From the IMG/VR virus record IMGVR_UViG_3300022902_000008: a stretch of DNA of 64,000 nucleotides; one strand, 5' to 3'. Both the position numbers and the translations under genes were made by a program. Below, in pieces: positions 43,821 to 54,516 of the stretch. This DNA is from a virus. How positions within the stretch are numbered: the stretch's first letter is position 1; the number at the start of each line of letters is the position of its first letter. Below the pieces are notes generated by a model. It was not told the DNA's origin. It ran no database searches and was given only the letters and a program-made list of their open reading frames with translations.

Positions 43821-44627
43821 ATGAGCAAAAGCTTTTATGATTATTTGCCCAAAGAGTGGGACGAAAATGAGGTTTTGGCTAATTTATTTCCAGCCGGGTC
43901 GTATGAGGGTATTGTACATATAAAGACAGTGCCTTTGATTTTTGATGGTGGCTTATCTTGTAAAGTTAGAATTGTTGTTAAGCCAAGTAGCAATCTTGGT
44001 TCCTTAAATAGTAATTTTGATTATAGTTATTTGTCTGAAAGTTTACATAATTTTGTTGTAGATTATTTTGATGTAATTGGCTGTAGTTTTGACATAGAGA
44101 GTGTTTCGAATGATGAAAACTATTGTACTTGTGATGTTAACATATTAGACTTTGCTGATTTTTCATGTGAAAAAATAAGTCTTTGTAAGCATAATTTAAG
44201 TATGTTGAAAAATTATATAGCAGAGTTGAAAACTATTGAATATAGCTTTATTGGTGATTCATATCCTGGTTGGAAAGAATTTGTTAATAGTGGTATGCTT
44301 CATTATGATATGATTAATGTTGATGATATTGTTGGTGGCACTAGTGTTCGTAATGATTGGGTGCCAAAAAATGCATTTTCATTTGTTAATTTTATTAAGA
44401 AATTTTCTTTAGGAATTCCTATTATAGATGGCAATCCGATTTCTATTTTAGTAATTTCAGATCGTAACGGTGGTAATTGTTTTATTAATGGTGATGGTAT
44501 GGCAAGAGTAGCAGCAGCAAAAGTGCTTGATGTAAAATATCTGCCATGTAAGGTTGAATATTGTGATTATTCTGATACTGATGATTATAGTTATTTGAAG
44601 AATAATTATGGTTATAATTTTTGTTAA
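43821..44627 (+). CDS. Protein with C-terminal ParB-like domain
   Basis: PISIL...INGDGMARVAAAKVL. Confidence 0.55.
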   Translation: MSKSFYDYLPKEWDENEVLANLFPAGSYEGIVHIKTVPLIFDGGLSCKVRIVVKPSSNLGSLNSNFDYSYLSESLHNFVVDYFDVIGCSFDIESVSNDENYCTCDVNILDFADFSCEKISLCKHNLSMLKNYIAELKTIEYSFIGDSYPGWKEFVNSGMLHYDMINVDDIVGGTSVRNDWVPKNAFSFVNFIKKFSLGIPIIDGNPISILVISDRNGGNCFINGDGMARVAAAKVLDVKYLPCKVEYCDYSDTDDYSYLKNNYGYNFC

Positions 44628-44648
44628 GAATTTTTTTTGGGGGTTTTT

Positions 44649-45059
44649 ATGTCTGATAATAAGGATTTTAATATTGTTGATTTGTCTAAGCCTGGAGAGA
44701 GAAATAAAGCCTATGGCTTTAATGATGACAACACTAACATAAAGTCAAAGGATGACTTGCCATTAAGAATGGTAACTGAACAAACTAAAGATGCTATTAT
44801 TGCTAGAATGGAGGCTACATATAGAAAAATTCTTAATGTTAATAAAGAGTTAAAGAGACAGGGTAGCTCAGAGGTCTTAAGGGTGGCTGATGTGTTAGAA
44901 AACATTCCAGTGTCTAATATTTTCAGGTTGGTATTTGCTGAGGCGTGGAATAATGATGAAATGATGTTTAAGCTTAAGGGAAAGGTGGGTGAGCTAGATT
45001 CTAGATTAATTGAAGGTTTGAGTAGGGTTAACTTAAAGGTAGTTAAGGTGGAAAAATAG
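44649..45059 (+). CDS. Hypothetical protein
   Basis: ORF. Confidence 0.65.
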   Translation: MSDNKDFNIVDLSKPGERNKAYGFNDDNTNIKSKDDLPLRMVTEQTKDAIIARMEATYRKILNVNKELKRQGSSEVLRVADVLENIPVSNIFRLVFAEAWNNDEMMFKLKGKVGELDSRLIEGLSRVNLKVVKVEK

Positions 45060-45071
45060 TTTTTAATTAAA

Positions 45072-45587
45072 ATGTCTAAAAAGAATAATAAAAGTAAATA
45101 TTTTTATGAGAAGCATATTGTAGAATGTGTTTGTACACATCAATTACAAAAAAACAAGAAAGTCTTTATCCCATATGTTATTGAGGTTTTTTCCTTAATA
45201 TTGGTTGATGATTTATCTGTTGTCCCGAAGGTAGTTGTTTGTGAAAATTGCGGTAGATTTCATAATGTGTATGAGGTCGGCAAAAGTGATATGGTTGATG
45301 GCGGTGAATATATAGATTTAAGTGATGTTAAAAAGTCTATAGGTTACGATGACTTGTTAGAGGTTATGGATGATTTAGTTTGTTCTTTTGCTACATATGA
45401 AGAGGTAGAGTTTTGTATTAAAGAAAAGCTGTATGATAGAAAGATTTGTCTGAGTAAGAACATCTCAGATGATAACGAAGATGTGTATGGCAAGACTTTA
45501 GTTTTAAGTAAGTGTACAAAGAAGAAATGTGACTTTTTAGTGAAAAACTATTCTTTTAAGAGGAGAAGTGGTTTACAAATTGTATGA
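45072..45587 (+). CDS. Zn-binding hypothetical protein
   Basis: KHIVECVC...CENCGRFH. Confidence 0.7.
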   Translation: MSKKNNKSKYFYEKHIVECVCTHQLQKNKKVFIPYVIEVFSLILVDDLSVVPKVVVCENCGRFHNVYEVGKSDMVDGGEYIDLSDVKKSIGYDDLLEVMDDLVCSFATYEEVEFCIKEKLYDRKICLSKNISDDNEDVYGKTLVLSKCTKKKCDFLVKNYSFKRRSGLQIV

Positions 45588-45633
45588 GTTGTGTTATAAT
45601 AATATTGTAATATTAAGTTAAAGTGAGTTTTTT

Positions 45634-45918
45634 ATGTCTAAAATAATTAAAAGTATAGATGATGTTGGTTCATCAGGTTTGTTATCTTCTGTTCCGCTAG
45701 TTTTTAATAGCAAAAAAGAGATAGAGGCAGAGCGTCAAACTGAGCGTATGGAAGCTAAGAAGTTAGTTAGGCGGCTTGTTGATGACAATAATTTAAATCA
45801 AAGACAAATATTATATGTGATCAGAAATCTAGCATTAGAGATCGAGAAATCTTCTTATTCTAGAAGAATGTATGATTTAGCTAAGGAGTGTATTGAAGAG
45901 ATTACAATCTCTATTTAA
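45634..45918 (+). CDS. Hypothetical protein
   Basis: ORF. Confidence 0.65.
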   Translation: MSKIIKSIDDVGSSGLLSSVPLVFNSKKEIEAERQTERMEAKKLVRRLVDDNNLNQRQILYVIRNLALEIEKSSYSRRMYDLAKECIEEITISI

Positions 45919-45942
45919 TTTTTAACTATGGAGGTAGATTTT

Positions 45943-46122
45943 ATGGATTTTACAAACAGGTTTGAAGAGATTAAGGCTTTGGTTGAGGAACTGACTGTTG
46001 ATGCAGCTAAAACTTATGGTAAGAAAAATAAGAGTGCTGGAAAGCGTGTTCGTAAAGGGCTGCTTCAACTCAAGAAGTTGGCAACTGAGTGTAGAAAGGA
46101 AACTCTAGAAATTTGTAAATAA
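45943..46122 (+). CDS. Histone H1-like Hc1 family protein
   Basis: DAAK...KNKSAGKRVRKGLLQLKKLATECRK. Confidence 0.8.
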   Translation: MDFTNRFEEIKALVEELTVDAAKTYGKKNKSAGKRVRKGLLQLKKLATECRKETLEICK

Positions 46123-46153
46123 ATTTTTATAGGTATAGGGGAGGGGTTTTAAT

Positions 46154-46450
46154 ATGAATAAGGTTCTTGAAGATAAGTTGTTGTTGGGCTTTAAGAAAAA
46201 GTTTGGTGAATGTTATAGCTTATGTAATAGTTGTGATGTTGAGTGTCCTAATAATGATTGTAGATACTGGGTTGATTGTGATAAATATAAAAATTGTTCT
46301 ATCATTGTAGCTAATGATGGACCTAAAACACAGGCTGAGGTTGGTGATATAATAGGGTGTACTGGTATGAGGGTTTGTCAATTGGAAAAATCTTCACTAA
46401 AAAAGATGGTTAAACGTGGTTGTAAAAGCAGGAAGGACTGGGTTAATTAA
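46154..46450 (+). CDS. Cys-rich protein with sigma-70 region-4 HTH
   Basis: GPKTQAEVGDIIGCTGMRVCQLEKSSLKKM. Confidence 0.75.
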   Translation: MNKVLEDKLLLGFKKKFGECYSLCNSCDVECPNNDCRYWVDCDKYKNCSIIVANDGPKTQAEVGDIIGCTGMRVCQLEKSSLKKMVKRGCKSRKDWVN

Positions 46451-46451
46451 T

Positions 46452-46754
46452 ATGCCTATGTATGAATATGTTTGTAAAAGTTGTGGTGACTCTTTTGAAG
46501 AAATAGTGCCAATGTCTGAACGGGATGCCATGCCAGTATGCCCCAAGTGTAACTCTAGCGAAGGAGTCAAGAGGGCTGTTTCAGCAACTAATTTTAGGTT
46601 AGCAGGTACTGGCTGGGCTAGTGATGGCTATTCTTCTACTAGTATGAATCGTAAAACAAAGCCAGGGCAGGCATTGTCACATGCTGTTGATGATGCTAAG
46701 GATTCCTTGAGTGAAACTAAAGAAGAACTTAACAAAAAGAGGTTGGGTAAATAA
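46452..46754 (+). CDS. FmdB-family zinc-ribbon protein
   Basis: MPMYEYVCKSCG...CPKC...GTGW. Confidence 0.85.
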   Translation: MPMYEYVCKSCGDSFEEIVPMSERDAMPVCPKCNSSEGVKRAVSATNFRLAGTGWASDGYSSTSMNRKTKPGQALSHAVDDAKDSLSETKEELNKKRLGK

Positions 46755-48688
46755 TGAGTAATTTTAATTATATTAATATTGGTAGTGTTGATAGTGTTAA
46801 TGTGCCTGCTGAAACAGACGTAATATTTGTATCAGATTATTTTGATAATGAACATTCTGGTGGTGCGGAGTTAAGTGACAAGGCGTTGATAGAGAGTTGT
46901 ACTGGCAATGTTTTTTGTGTTAAGTCTAGGGATTTAAGTTTGAATTTGCTTAAAAATAACTCATCTAAGTATTGGTTGTTTTCTAATATTGGTGAGATTA
47001 ATTTAGATTTTTTACCTACTATAGCTACAAACCTTAAGTATTCTGTTATTGAATATGATTTTAAGTACTGCAAATATCGTTCGCCAAGAAAACATCAGAT
47101 GTCTGAAGGGGTTCCATGTGATTGTGAAAAAACAGAATGGGGTAAGCTTATTGAGTTTTATTTTGGTAGTGCCGATACAGTGTTTTTTATGTCTGAGAAA
47201 CAGCGTGATATTTATTTTGGCAAGCTTCCAGGCTTAGCTAATACTTGTAAATGGAGTGTTTTATCTTCTATTTTTGATGAAAACTTTTTTAAGAAAATTA
47301 ACCTCCTTAGAAATTCTGATGAGATTAAAAATAAAAATGATAAATATTTGATTCTTAACTCACCAAGTTGGATTAAGGGTGTTGACGAGTGTGTTAAATA
47401 TTGTGAGGAAAACAAACTAGAATATGAATTGGCTTTTGGCCTTTCTTATAGTGACTTTTTAGATAAGATGGTTGAATCTAAGGGCGTTGTACTTATGCCT
47501 ATGGATTGGGATACTTGCCCTAGAGTAGCAATTGAAGCCAAGCTGCTTGATTGTGATGTTAGGATGAACAACAATGTTTTGCATCGTGATGAAGAGTGGT
47601 TTGATACTGATGATATAAATACAATTACTGGTTATTTGTATGCATCTAGAAATAATTTTTGGAAGCTTGTGTATAACAATATGAATTATAAGCCAACTAT
47701 TTCTGGATATACAACCACCTATAATTGTGTTAGTGGTGATTTTCCATACATGTCATGCATTAAATCTATGTTGGATTTTTGTGATGAAGTTGTCGTTGTT
47801 GATGGTGGCAGTGATGATGGTACATATAAACAATTGTTAGAGTGGTCTGAAAAAGAGCCTAAGTTGTGTTTATATAAAAATAAAATTAAGTGGGGAACTA
47901 AAGAATCCTCCTTGGCCGATGGCCAACAAAAAGCGTTGGCTAGATCCTTGTGTACAAAAGACTTTTGTTGGCAAATGGATTCTGACGAGTGTGTTCATGA
48001 AAATGATATTGCTAAGATACATGATATTGTCAGGCATTTCCCGAAGGGTGTTGATATTTTAAGCCTTCCGGTTGTAGAATACTGGGGTTCTTTAGATAGT
48101 GTTAGGATGGACATACAGCCTTGGAAATGGAGGTTGTCTAGAAATAAACCTAATATCACTCATGGAGTTCCAAAGCATTTGTTAGAATATGATGATGATG
48201 GTAATGTTAAGATTAAATTTGGTCTTTCTGATGGGTGTGATTATATTGATGTTAATAATTTGACTTCAATGCCCCATGCGTCCTTTTATGATGCTTCTGC
48301 TGAACAGATTAGAACTAATAATATTGTTGAGTTTGCTAAGTTTTATAATTGGGTAGCGAAAAGTTATCCAACTGTATATCATTTTTCTTGGGCTTCATTG
48401 GAAAGAAAGCTTCGAAGTTTTAAAGGTTTTTGGTCAGTACAGTGGGCTGCAACGTTTGGTTGTGATTTGAAAGATACTGCTGAAAATAATGTGTTCTTTG
48501 ATAAGCCTTGGACTAATGTTAATGACGATGATATCAAAGAAACTGCTGAAAAACTTAAGTGCATTGGCCCTAGACTGGCTCATGAAAAAATTGATTATAA
48601 TTTAAATACTAGTCATATGTTGACTGACCTTAGTGTTGATCCACCTAAGTATATGCATTCCTGGTTAATTAAAAACAAGCTGATGTAA
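46754..48688 (+). CDS. Two-domain glycosyltransferase (GT4-like plus GT2)
   Basis: GGAE, KG...DTCPRVAIEA; VVVDGGSDDGT, MDSDE. Confidence 0.85.
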   Translation: MSNFNYINIGSVDSVNVPAETDVIFVSDYFDNEHSGGAELSDKALIESCTGNVFCVKSRDLSLNLLKNNSSKYWLFSNIGEINLDFLPTIATNLKYSVIEYDFKYCKYRSPRKHQMSEGVPCDCEKTEWGKLIEFYFGSADTVFFMSEKQRDIYFGKLPGLANTCKWSVLSSIFDENFFKKINLLRNSDEIKNKNDKYLILNSPSWIKGVDECVKYCEENKLEYELAFGLSYSDFLDKMVESKGVVLMPMDWDTCPRVAIEAKLLDCDVRMNNNVLHRDEEWFDTDDINTITGYLYASRNNFWKLVYNNMNYKPTISGYTTTYNCVSGDFPYMSCIKSMLDFCDEVVVVDGGSDDGTYKQLLEWSEKEPKLCLYKNKIKWGTKESSLADGQQKALARSLCTKDFCWQMDSDECVHENDIAKIHDIVRHFPKGVDILSLPVVEYWGSLDSVRMDIQPWKWRLSRNKPNITHGVPKHLLEYDDDGNVKIKFGLSDGCDYIDVNNLTSMPHASFYDASAEQIRTNNIVEFAKFYNWVAKSYPTVYHFSWASLERKLRSFKGFWSVQWAATFGCDLKDTAENNVFFDKPWTNVNDDDIKETAEKLKCIGPRLAHEKIDYNLNTSHMLTDLSVDPPKYMHSWLIKNKLM

Positions 48689-48690
48689 AA

Positions 48691-49434
48691 ATGGATAACT
48701 TTAATTTTGTCATAATAACACCTTGTTATAATGCATCTTCAAATTTATATAATATATACAATAGTTTATTAGAACAGACTTATGATAAGTGGATCTGGAT
48801 CATTTCAGATGATTTGTCAACTGATGATACATGCGAGGTGGCTAAAAATATTGTTAATGATGATAAATCTTTGGGTAGGGTTGTATTTTTATCTAATGGT
48901 AGTGATAAGAAATATGCCCTTAAAAATATAGTTGATGTTATCAACGGTTCTTGTTTTAGCAATATTGGTTCTGAAGTAATTATTGGTATTATAGATGGCG
49001 ATGACCAACTGTGTAATAAAAATGCCTTACAGTTGATTCTTGATGAGTATAGTAATGGTAATGATGTCGTTTGGACAGCGCATATGTGGGATGTTAATAA
49101 CAATATGAATGTTTCAGGTGATATGCCAAATAATATTAACCCATATTTATATCAATGGTGTTCTTCTCATTTTAGAACGTTTAGGAAAAGTATTTTTGAT
49201 AAGATTTCCCATGATAATTTTAAGGACATTAATGGTAATTGGTTTAAACGTGGTTATGATCAAGCGTTAATGTTGCCAATATTAAAGCTATCTAAAAAGA
49301 GAAAGTATGTTAATGAAGTTTGTTATCTTTATAATATAAACTCTGTGTCAATTGATCGTAATATGGACACCACATCAGATCAATTAAATGTTGTTAGGTT
49401 TGTTAGGGCTAGGGGTTTTAAAGAAAGTTGTTAG
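48691..49434 (+). CDS. GT2 glycosyltransferase
   Basis: ITPCYN, DDLSTD, IDGDD. Confidence 0.9.
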   Translation: MDNFNFVIITPCYNASSNLYNIYNSLLEQTYDKWIWIISDDLSTDDTCEVAKNIVNDDKSLGRVVFLSNGSDKKYALKNIVDVINGSCFSNIGSEVIIGIIDGDDQLCNKNALQLILDEYSNGNDVVWTAHMWDVNNNMNVSGDMPNNINPYLYQWCSSHFRTFRKSIFDKISHDNFKDINGNWFKRGYDQALMLPILKLSKKRKYVNEVCYLYNINSVSIDRNMDTTSDQLNVVRFVRARGFKESC

Positions 49435-49489
49435 ATGTTTTGTATTGGTTGTGTTTTTTAAAGTAAGTTTATTTTGGAGGGTAATAATA

Positions 49490-51136
49490 ATGAAAATTGT
49501 ATCTTTTTGGTCTGGTCATGATTGTTCGTTTTGTGTTTTGGAAAATGGAATGCCTAAGCTTCATGTTGAATATGAAAGATATATTAGAGAAAAGGAGCCT
49601 AAAGGTGATTCCATAAAGTTATTTTTTGATATTTGTGGCGAAGATGAACTAGAGGATGTTACTGATGTTGCTGTTTGTCATCCAATAAAAGATGTTTTCG
49701 ATTACGCAGAATCTTGGAAAAAATTATATAAAATTTGTGAAAAAAAGGGAATTAAAGTACATGTGCTTGGCCATCATTTTTCACATGCAGCACATGCGTT
49801 TTATTCTAGTAAATATGATGACTCATTGATATTGGTTGCCGATGGTGGTGGTGTCGAATTTGAAGATAAAAATGAAAGAATCGAAACTGCAACGTGTACA
49901 TATGTTGGAAATGGCAAGAGCATTAAAGCTGTAGATGTGTTTTCTATGCAAAGTATAAATATTGGTGGTTTATGGACAAGGGCCACAAGGTATATTTTTA
50001 AGCTACAGTCTGGTTGGCCACATGGCCATCAGGCAGGCACTGTAATGGCCATGTCATCGTTTGGTGACTCAAGTAAATATTACAATGATTTTTACAGGAT
50101 GTTGACTAAAGATATTGCAATGGCGTCAATAAAGCCAATGAGTCAGCCTGTTGGTGCGTATACTGGAAATGATCCAATCCATCCTTATTTGGATAAATGG
50201 GCTAAGATAGGTGAAAAAAGTGAGCAAGAACGTTTTGATTTGGCTGCTGGATTACAATCTGCCACTGAAACAGTGTTAAAAGATATGATAGCTAAATTAT
50301 CTAATGATAACCCAAATATTAGAAATCTTTGTTTGTGTGGTGGTGTTGCTTTAAATTCTGTAGCAATGGGTAAGATTGTTGATTGGGAAGACAATAATAT
50401 AGAGGCTGTTTATATACCTCCTTGTCCTCATGATGGTGGGTTGTCGATTGGTGCTGCACAATATGTTTGGCATAGTTATTGTGGGAATGATAGGATTGAG
50501 TGGAGTGACAATGTTTCTCCATATCTTGGTGAACTTTATGATGAGGAAGGTGTGAGAGGTTCTATTGAGCAATATAGGGACAGATTAAAAGTTTTGGATT
50601 GTGATGATAGATTAGTTATTGATTTTTTAGATAATCAAAAAATTGTTTCTGTGTTTAGGGGTGGATCTGAATCTGGCCGTAGAGCATTGGGAAATAGAAG
50701 TATTCTTGCAGATCCTAGAAGTGATAAAATGAAAAGTATGATTAATGAAAAAGTTAAGCATCGACAATGGTTTAGACCATTTGCACCATCAATATTGAGA
50801 GAACATGTATCTGATTGGTTTGTTAAGGATGTTGATAGCCCGTACATGTCTTTTGTTGTAAAAATTAGAAAGAATAAGCTAAGCATGATCCCAGCAGTTG
50901 CACATTATGATGAAACTGCTAGGTTACAAACTGTAACAAAGAATGATAATGTTTGGTATTACAATTTTTTATCGAAATGGAATGAGAAAACTAATGTTCC
51001 AATATTGTTAAACACAAGCTTTAATGATCGTGAACCAATTTGTGAAACTCCAGTTCATGCAATTAATTGTTTTCTTAGGACTGATATTGATTATCTTTAT
51101 TTTGCAGATTTTGGAATTGTTCTTTCAAAAAAATAA
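49490..51136 (+). CDS. O-carbamoyltransferase (NodU/CmcH family)
   Basis: HHFSHA, GGVALNS, ESGRRALGNRSILADP, RQWFRPFAPS, LNTSFN. Confidence 0.92.
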   Translation: MKIVSFWSGHDCSFCVLENGMPKLHVEYERYIREKEPKGDSIKLFFDICGEDELEDVTDVAVCHPIKDVFDYAESWKKLYKICEKKGIKVHVLGHHFSHAAHAFYSSKYDDSLILVADGGGVEFEDKNERIETATCTYVGNGKSIKAVDVFSMQSINIGGLWTRATRYIFKLQSGWPHGHQAGTVMAMSSFGDSSKYYNDFYRMLTKDIAMASIKPMSQPVGAYTGNDPIHPYLDKWAKIGEKSEQERFDLAAGLQSATETVLKDMIAKLSNDNPNIRNLCLCGGVALNSVAMGKIVDWEDNNIEAVYIPPCPHDGGLSIGAAQYVWHSYCGNDRIEWSDNVSPYLGELYDEEGVRGSIEQYRDRLKVLDCDDRLVIDFLDNQKIVSVFRGGSESGRRALGNRSILADPRSDKMKSMINEKVKHRQWFRPFAPSILREHVSDWFVKDVDSPYMSFVVKIRKNKLSMIPAVAHYDETARLQTVTKNDNVWYYNFLSKWNEKTNVPILLNTSFNDREPICETPVHAINCFLRTDIDYLYFADFGIVLSKK

Positions 51137-51226
51137 AAATAGTAAAATATTTTATTACTTTTATGGTAGAAATCATAGTTTTATTTTAGAATAATCAAAT
51201 GATTAGAGCGAGGGGTTGTTTTTATT

Positions 51227-52252
51227 TTGAATAATGCTAATTATAACTTTGTTGTTTCTGAATGTACTTTTCTTAGATATTTTATGCCTATAATAAATGA
51301 GTTAGTTAACAATGATATTGGTCATAATATAAATATATTTCTTGGTGATAGTAAAAAGTATAATAGCCCACTTTTAAAAGATAATTTAGATTTTATAAAA
51401 AAAAGTGTGTCTGATTTAAGTGTTTTTTATCGTGGCTCTATTAACATAGAGAATATTGAAAGGTTGGGTTTGCCTGAGTTTGCTGGCAATACATATTTTA
51501 TTGAAGGTGTTGGTATAGAATATTCATCTAGGCTTAATAATAATATTGTACTTACTTATATGACTGATTTTGTAAGTCTATTTGACAAGTATGTTGATTT
51601 GGCAGATTTTGTTGTTTTTCCTAATAAGAGTTTTGCTAACCATTACAACAAAGATTCGTGTAAAAATGTTTATATTGGTTCTCCTAAATATTGTGTTGAT
51701 TTTAACAAACAAACAATACTGGATAAGTATGGGTTGAATAGTGATAGAAATAATGCATTGATATTGTTACCAAAATTAAGGTATTTTGATGGTAAGATTA
51801 ACAATGTGTATGGTAAGCTGCGAGATGCTGGATATAATGTTATAACAAAAACTAGAGGCAAAGACTCAATTAGTGGTGATAAAAGTTTATTTTCTGATTA
51901 TTATTTTGAGGACTATTCATGGTTTCCACATACTAGCATGGAATTAATGTATGTATCTGACTTTGTTGTTAATTTTGACTCTACATCAATTAAAGAAAGC
52001 ATTATGTTGAGTAAGCCAATGGTTAACTTTAAGGTTAAGAAAGGCAGGATGCTACCATTTTTATATGATAATAATATTTTTTGTTTTGATTATGATTATA
52101 ACATAGATAACATTAATAATGGTATTGATAAGTTTTTAGATTATTATAATAACAACATTTCATTTATTGATAGTGAGTTTTATTTGATGAGGGAAAATTA
52201 TTTATTTAATGTTGAAAACAGTAATGTTTGCGAAAGGCTAATTCAATTATGA
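51227..52252 (+). CDS. GT-B fold transferase (TagF/CDP-glycerophosphotransferase-like)
   Basis: GSPKY; ELMYVSDFVVNFDSTSIKES...KPMV. Confidence 0.6.
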   Translation: MNNANYNFVVSECTFLRYFMPIINELVNNDIGHNINIFLGDSKKYNSPLLKDNLDFIKKSVSDLSVFYRGSINIENIERLGLPEFAGNTYFIEGVGIEYSSRLNNNIVLTYMTDFVSLFDKYVDLADFVVFPNKSFANHYNKDSCKNVYIGSPKYCVDFNKQTILDKYGLNSDRNNALILLPKLRYFDGKINNVYGKLRDAGYNVITKTRGKDSISGDKSLFSDYYFEDYSWFPHTSMELMYVSDFVVNFDSTSIKESIMLSKPMVNFKVKKGRMLPFLYDNNIFCFDYDYNIDNINNGIDKFLDYYNNNISFIDSEFYLMRENYLFNVENSNVCERLIQL

Positions 52253-52866
52253 TTAATAAAGATTTAAATATATTGTATGTAATTCCTGCTAGGGGTGGAT
52301 CTAAAAGGTTAAAAAATAAAAACATATATGTTGTAAATGGCAAGCCTTCTATAATCCATACTATAGATGCTGTTTTGGACTCTAAATATGTGTATTGTGG
52401 GAGTATGAAAAATAATATTGTAATTACCACTGAAAGCGATAAAATAAAAATTTGTGTTATAAACAATTGTTGTAATTATGATGACTTTAAAAAAATTAAT
52501 GTTATTGATAGGCCTGATGAGTTGGCTAAAGATGATGTTTGGAGGCAGGAAGTATTAAAACATGCAGTTGATAAGTTTGAGAGAGATAATAATGTTAGGT
52601 GCGATATAGTGGTATCGCTCCAGGCCAATTCTCCAGAAATAGAAGGTGTTCATATTGACTTAGCTATTGATAAGCTTATTGAAAATAATTTGTATGAATG
52701 TGTTTCTGTTGACAGTGATTTTATTACCGACGGAGCTATTCGTGTTATGAAAAGAGATTGTGTTTGGCAGGAAGCATTAAGTTGTTATTTAGGGTTTATA
52801 GTTACTGATTATATTGATGTTCATTATGTTGAAGATATTATTTCTATAGAATCTAAATATAATTAA
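52249..52866 (+). CDS. neuA: Acylneuraminate (CMP-NulO) cytidylyltransferase
   Basis: IPARGGSKRLKNKN, RPDELA, LQANSP. Confidence 0.88.
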   Translation: MINKDLNILYVIPARGGSKRLKNKNIYVVNGKPSIIHTIDAVLDSKYVYCGSMKNNIVITTESDKIKICVINNCCNYDDFKKINVIDRPDELAKDDVWRQEVLKHAVDKFERDNNVRCDIVVSLQANSPEIEGVHIDLAIDKLIENNLYECVSVDSDFITDGAIRVMKRDCVWQEALSCYLGFIVTDYIDVHYVEDIISIESKYN

Positions 52867-52910
52867 TTTTTTTCTTTATTTTTAAAGGTTAATGTAATAT
52901 AATGTAATTA

Positions 52911-53594
52911 ATGGAAAACTTTATAAAAAAAATAAGTGTTGTTGTAACTTGCTATAATTATGGTATATGGTTGGAAAGGTGTGTTAGAAGTCTTCTTAAT
53001 CAGAAGAATTTTTATGATTATGAGATTATAATAGTTGATGATTGTAGTAGTGATATTACCCCGTCTGTGTGTGGCAAATTAGTTTCTTTATATAACAAAC
53101 AAAATAATGTTAAATTTATTAGACTTGATTCTAATTGTGGCCTTCCGATTGCAGCTAATATTGGCATACAAAATTGTATTGGTCAATATGTTGTTAGGGT
53201 TGATGCAGATGATTATGTTGCATCTGATTTTTTATATTTATTAGATAGGTTTTTACAATTAAATAAAGATAAATACCAAGCTGTTGCATGTGATTATTTT
53301 AAGGTTGATTCAAATGAAAATAGGATTAGCAGGTTTAGTTGGGAAACTGAACAAATAGCTTGTGGTATACTTTATAATAAAACTTTCCTATATGATGTTG
53401 GTTTATATAATAATGATTTTAAATTTAGAGAAGGTCATGAATTAAATAAGAGGTTTAGTGAAAAGTATAATATTGGTGTTTTGGAAATGCCAATTTATAG
53501 ATATAGAATACATAATAATAATAGGACTATTGACATGTCTGAAGAAGTAAAAAAATATGATCTTAAACTGATGGATGGTGATAAAAATGAGTGA
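52911..53594 (+). CDS. GT2 glycosyltransferase
   Basis: VDDCSSD, RVDADD. Confidence 0.9.
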   Translation: MENFIKKISVVVTCYNYGIWLERCVRSLLNQKNFYDYEIIIVDDCSSDITPSVCGKLVSLYNKQNNVKFIRLDSNCGLPIAANIGIQNCIGQYVVRVDADDYVASDFLYLLDRFLQLNKDKYQAVACDYFKVDSNENRISRFSWETEQIACGILYNKTFLYDVGLYNNDFKFREGHELNKRFSEKYNIGVLEMPIYRYRIHNNNRTIDMSEEVKKYDLKLMDGDKNE

Positions 53595-54516
53595 GTTTAT
53601 TGCGTGGTCAGGTAGGAATGAGCTTGACTTTAAGGTTAATTTGATTGCTGAAATTGGTATTAATCATAATGGCGATATGTCTTTGGCAAAAGATATGATT
53701 TTATCTGCTAAAGATTGTGGTGCTGATTTTGTAAAGTTCCAGTCTTGGCAAGAAAAAAAATTAAAGCATGGTCCATGGGATGACGGAGAAACATTTTGTT
53801 CATTTGATAATAAAAGGGATTTTTATAAGAGTGTCGAATTGTCTGATGATCAGCATGTAGAATTAGTTAATTTTTGTAATAACAATGGTGTTAAGTTTTT
53901 AACTACATGCTTTGATGTTGGTAGAATTGACTTTTTAAATAGTTTGGGTATGGAATATATTAAAATAGCTAGTTCAGATGCATTTAATTTTGATTTGTTG
54001 GAGGCTGTGTCTAAGAAATTTAAGAAGATTATTATTTCAGTAGGAATGTTAAATAAAGATGAAATTATTAAATTAAATGATTTTTTATTTTACAATATTG
54101 GCAGCTTCAATAAGGATATAGTTATTTTACATTGTGTCTCTAATTATCCTGCTAAAAGATGTGACTTTAATGTAAATAAATTTATGTATATCAAGAACAA
54201 TATTGTAAAAAATAATACTAACAACTATTCAGGTTTTGGTCTTAGTGATCACACTGACTCTATAGATACTAGTGTGTTTGCTGTCTCTAATGGTGCCAAC
54301 TGGATTGAGAAGCACTTTACTTTAGATAAGAGTTCTGTTGGACCAGATAATGTATTTAGCTTAGAGCCAGTTCAACTTAAACAGCTAAGAACATATTGTG
54401 ATTATTATACTGAGATTATGTCTAAATATGTAGGTAATGTTATTGATGGTGATTATTTTGAGGTTAATGATGCTGAGGTTGAGTTGAGCAAGGTAGTAAG
54501 GGGGAGGTTTGAATAA
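53587..54516 (+). CDS. neuB: NulO synthase (NeuB family), no SAF domain
   Basis: IAEIGINHNG, VKFQ, HCVSNYP, GLSDHT, IEKHFT. Confidence 0.9.
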   Translation: MSEFIAWSGRNELDFKVNLIAEIGINHNGDMSLAKDMILSAKDCGADFVKFQSWQEKKLKHGPWDDGETFCSFDNKRDFYKSVELSDDQHVELVNFCNNNGVKFLTTCFDVGRIDFLNSLGMEYIKIASSDAFNFDLLEAVSKKFKKIIISVGMLNKDEIIKLNDFLFYNIGSFNKDIVILHCVSNYPAKRCDFNVNKFMYIKNNIVKNNTNNYSGFGLSDHTDSIDTSVFAVSNGANWIEKHFTLDKSSVGPDNVFSLEPVQLKQLRTYCDYYTEIMSKYVGNVIDGDYFEVNDAEVELSKVVRGRFE

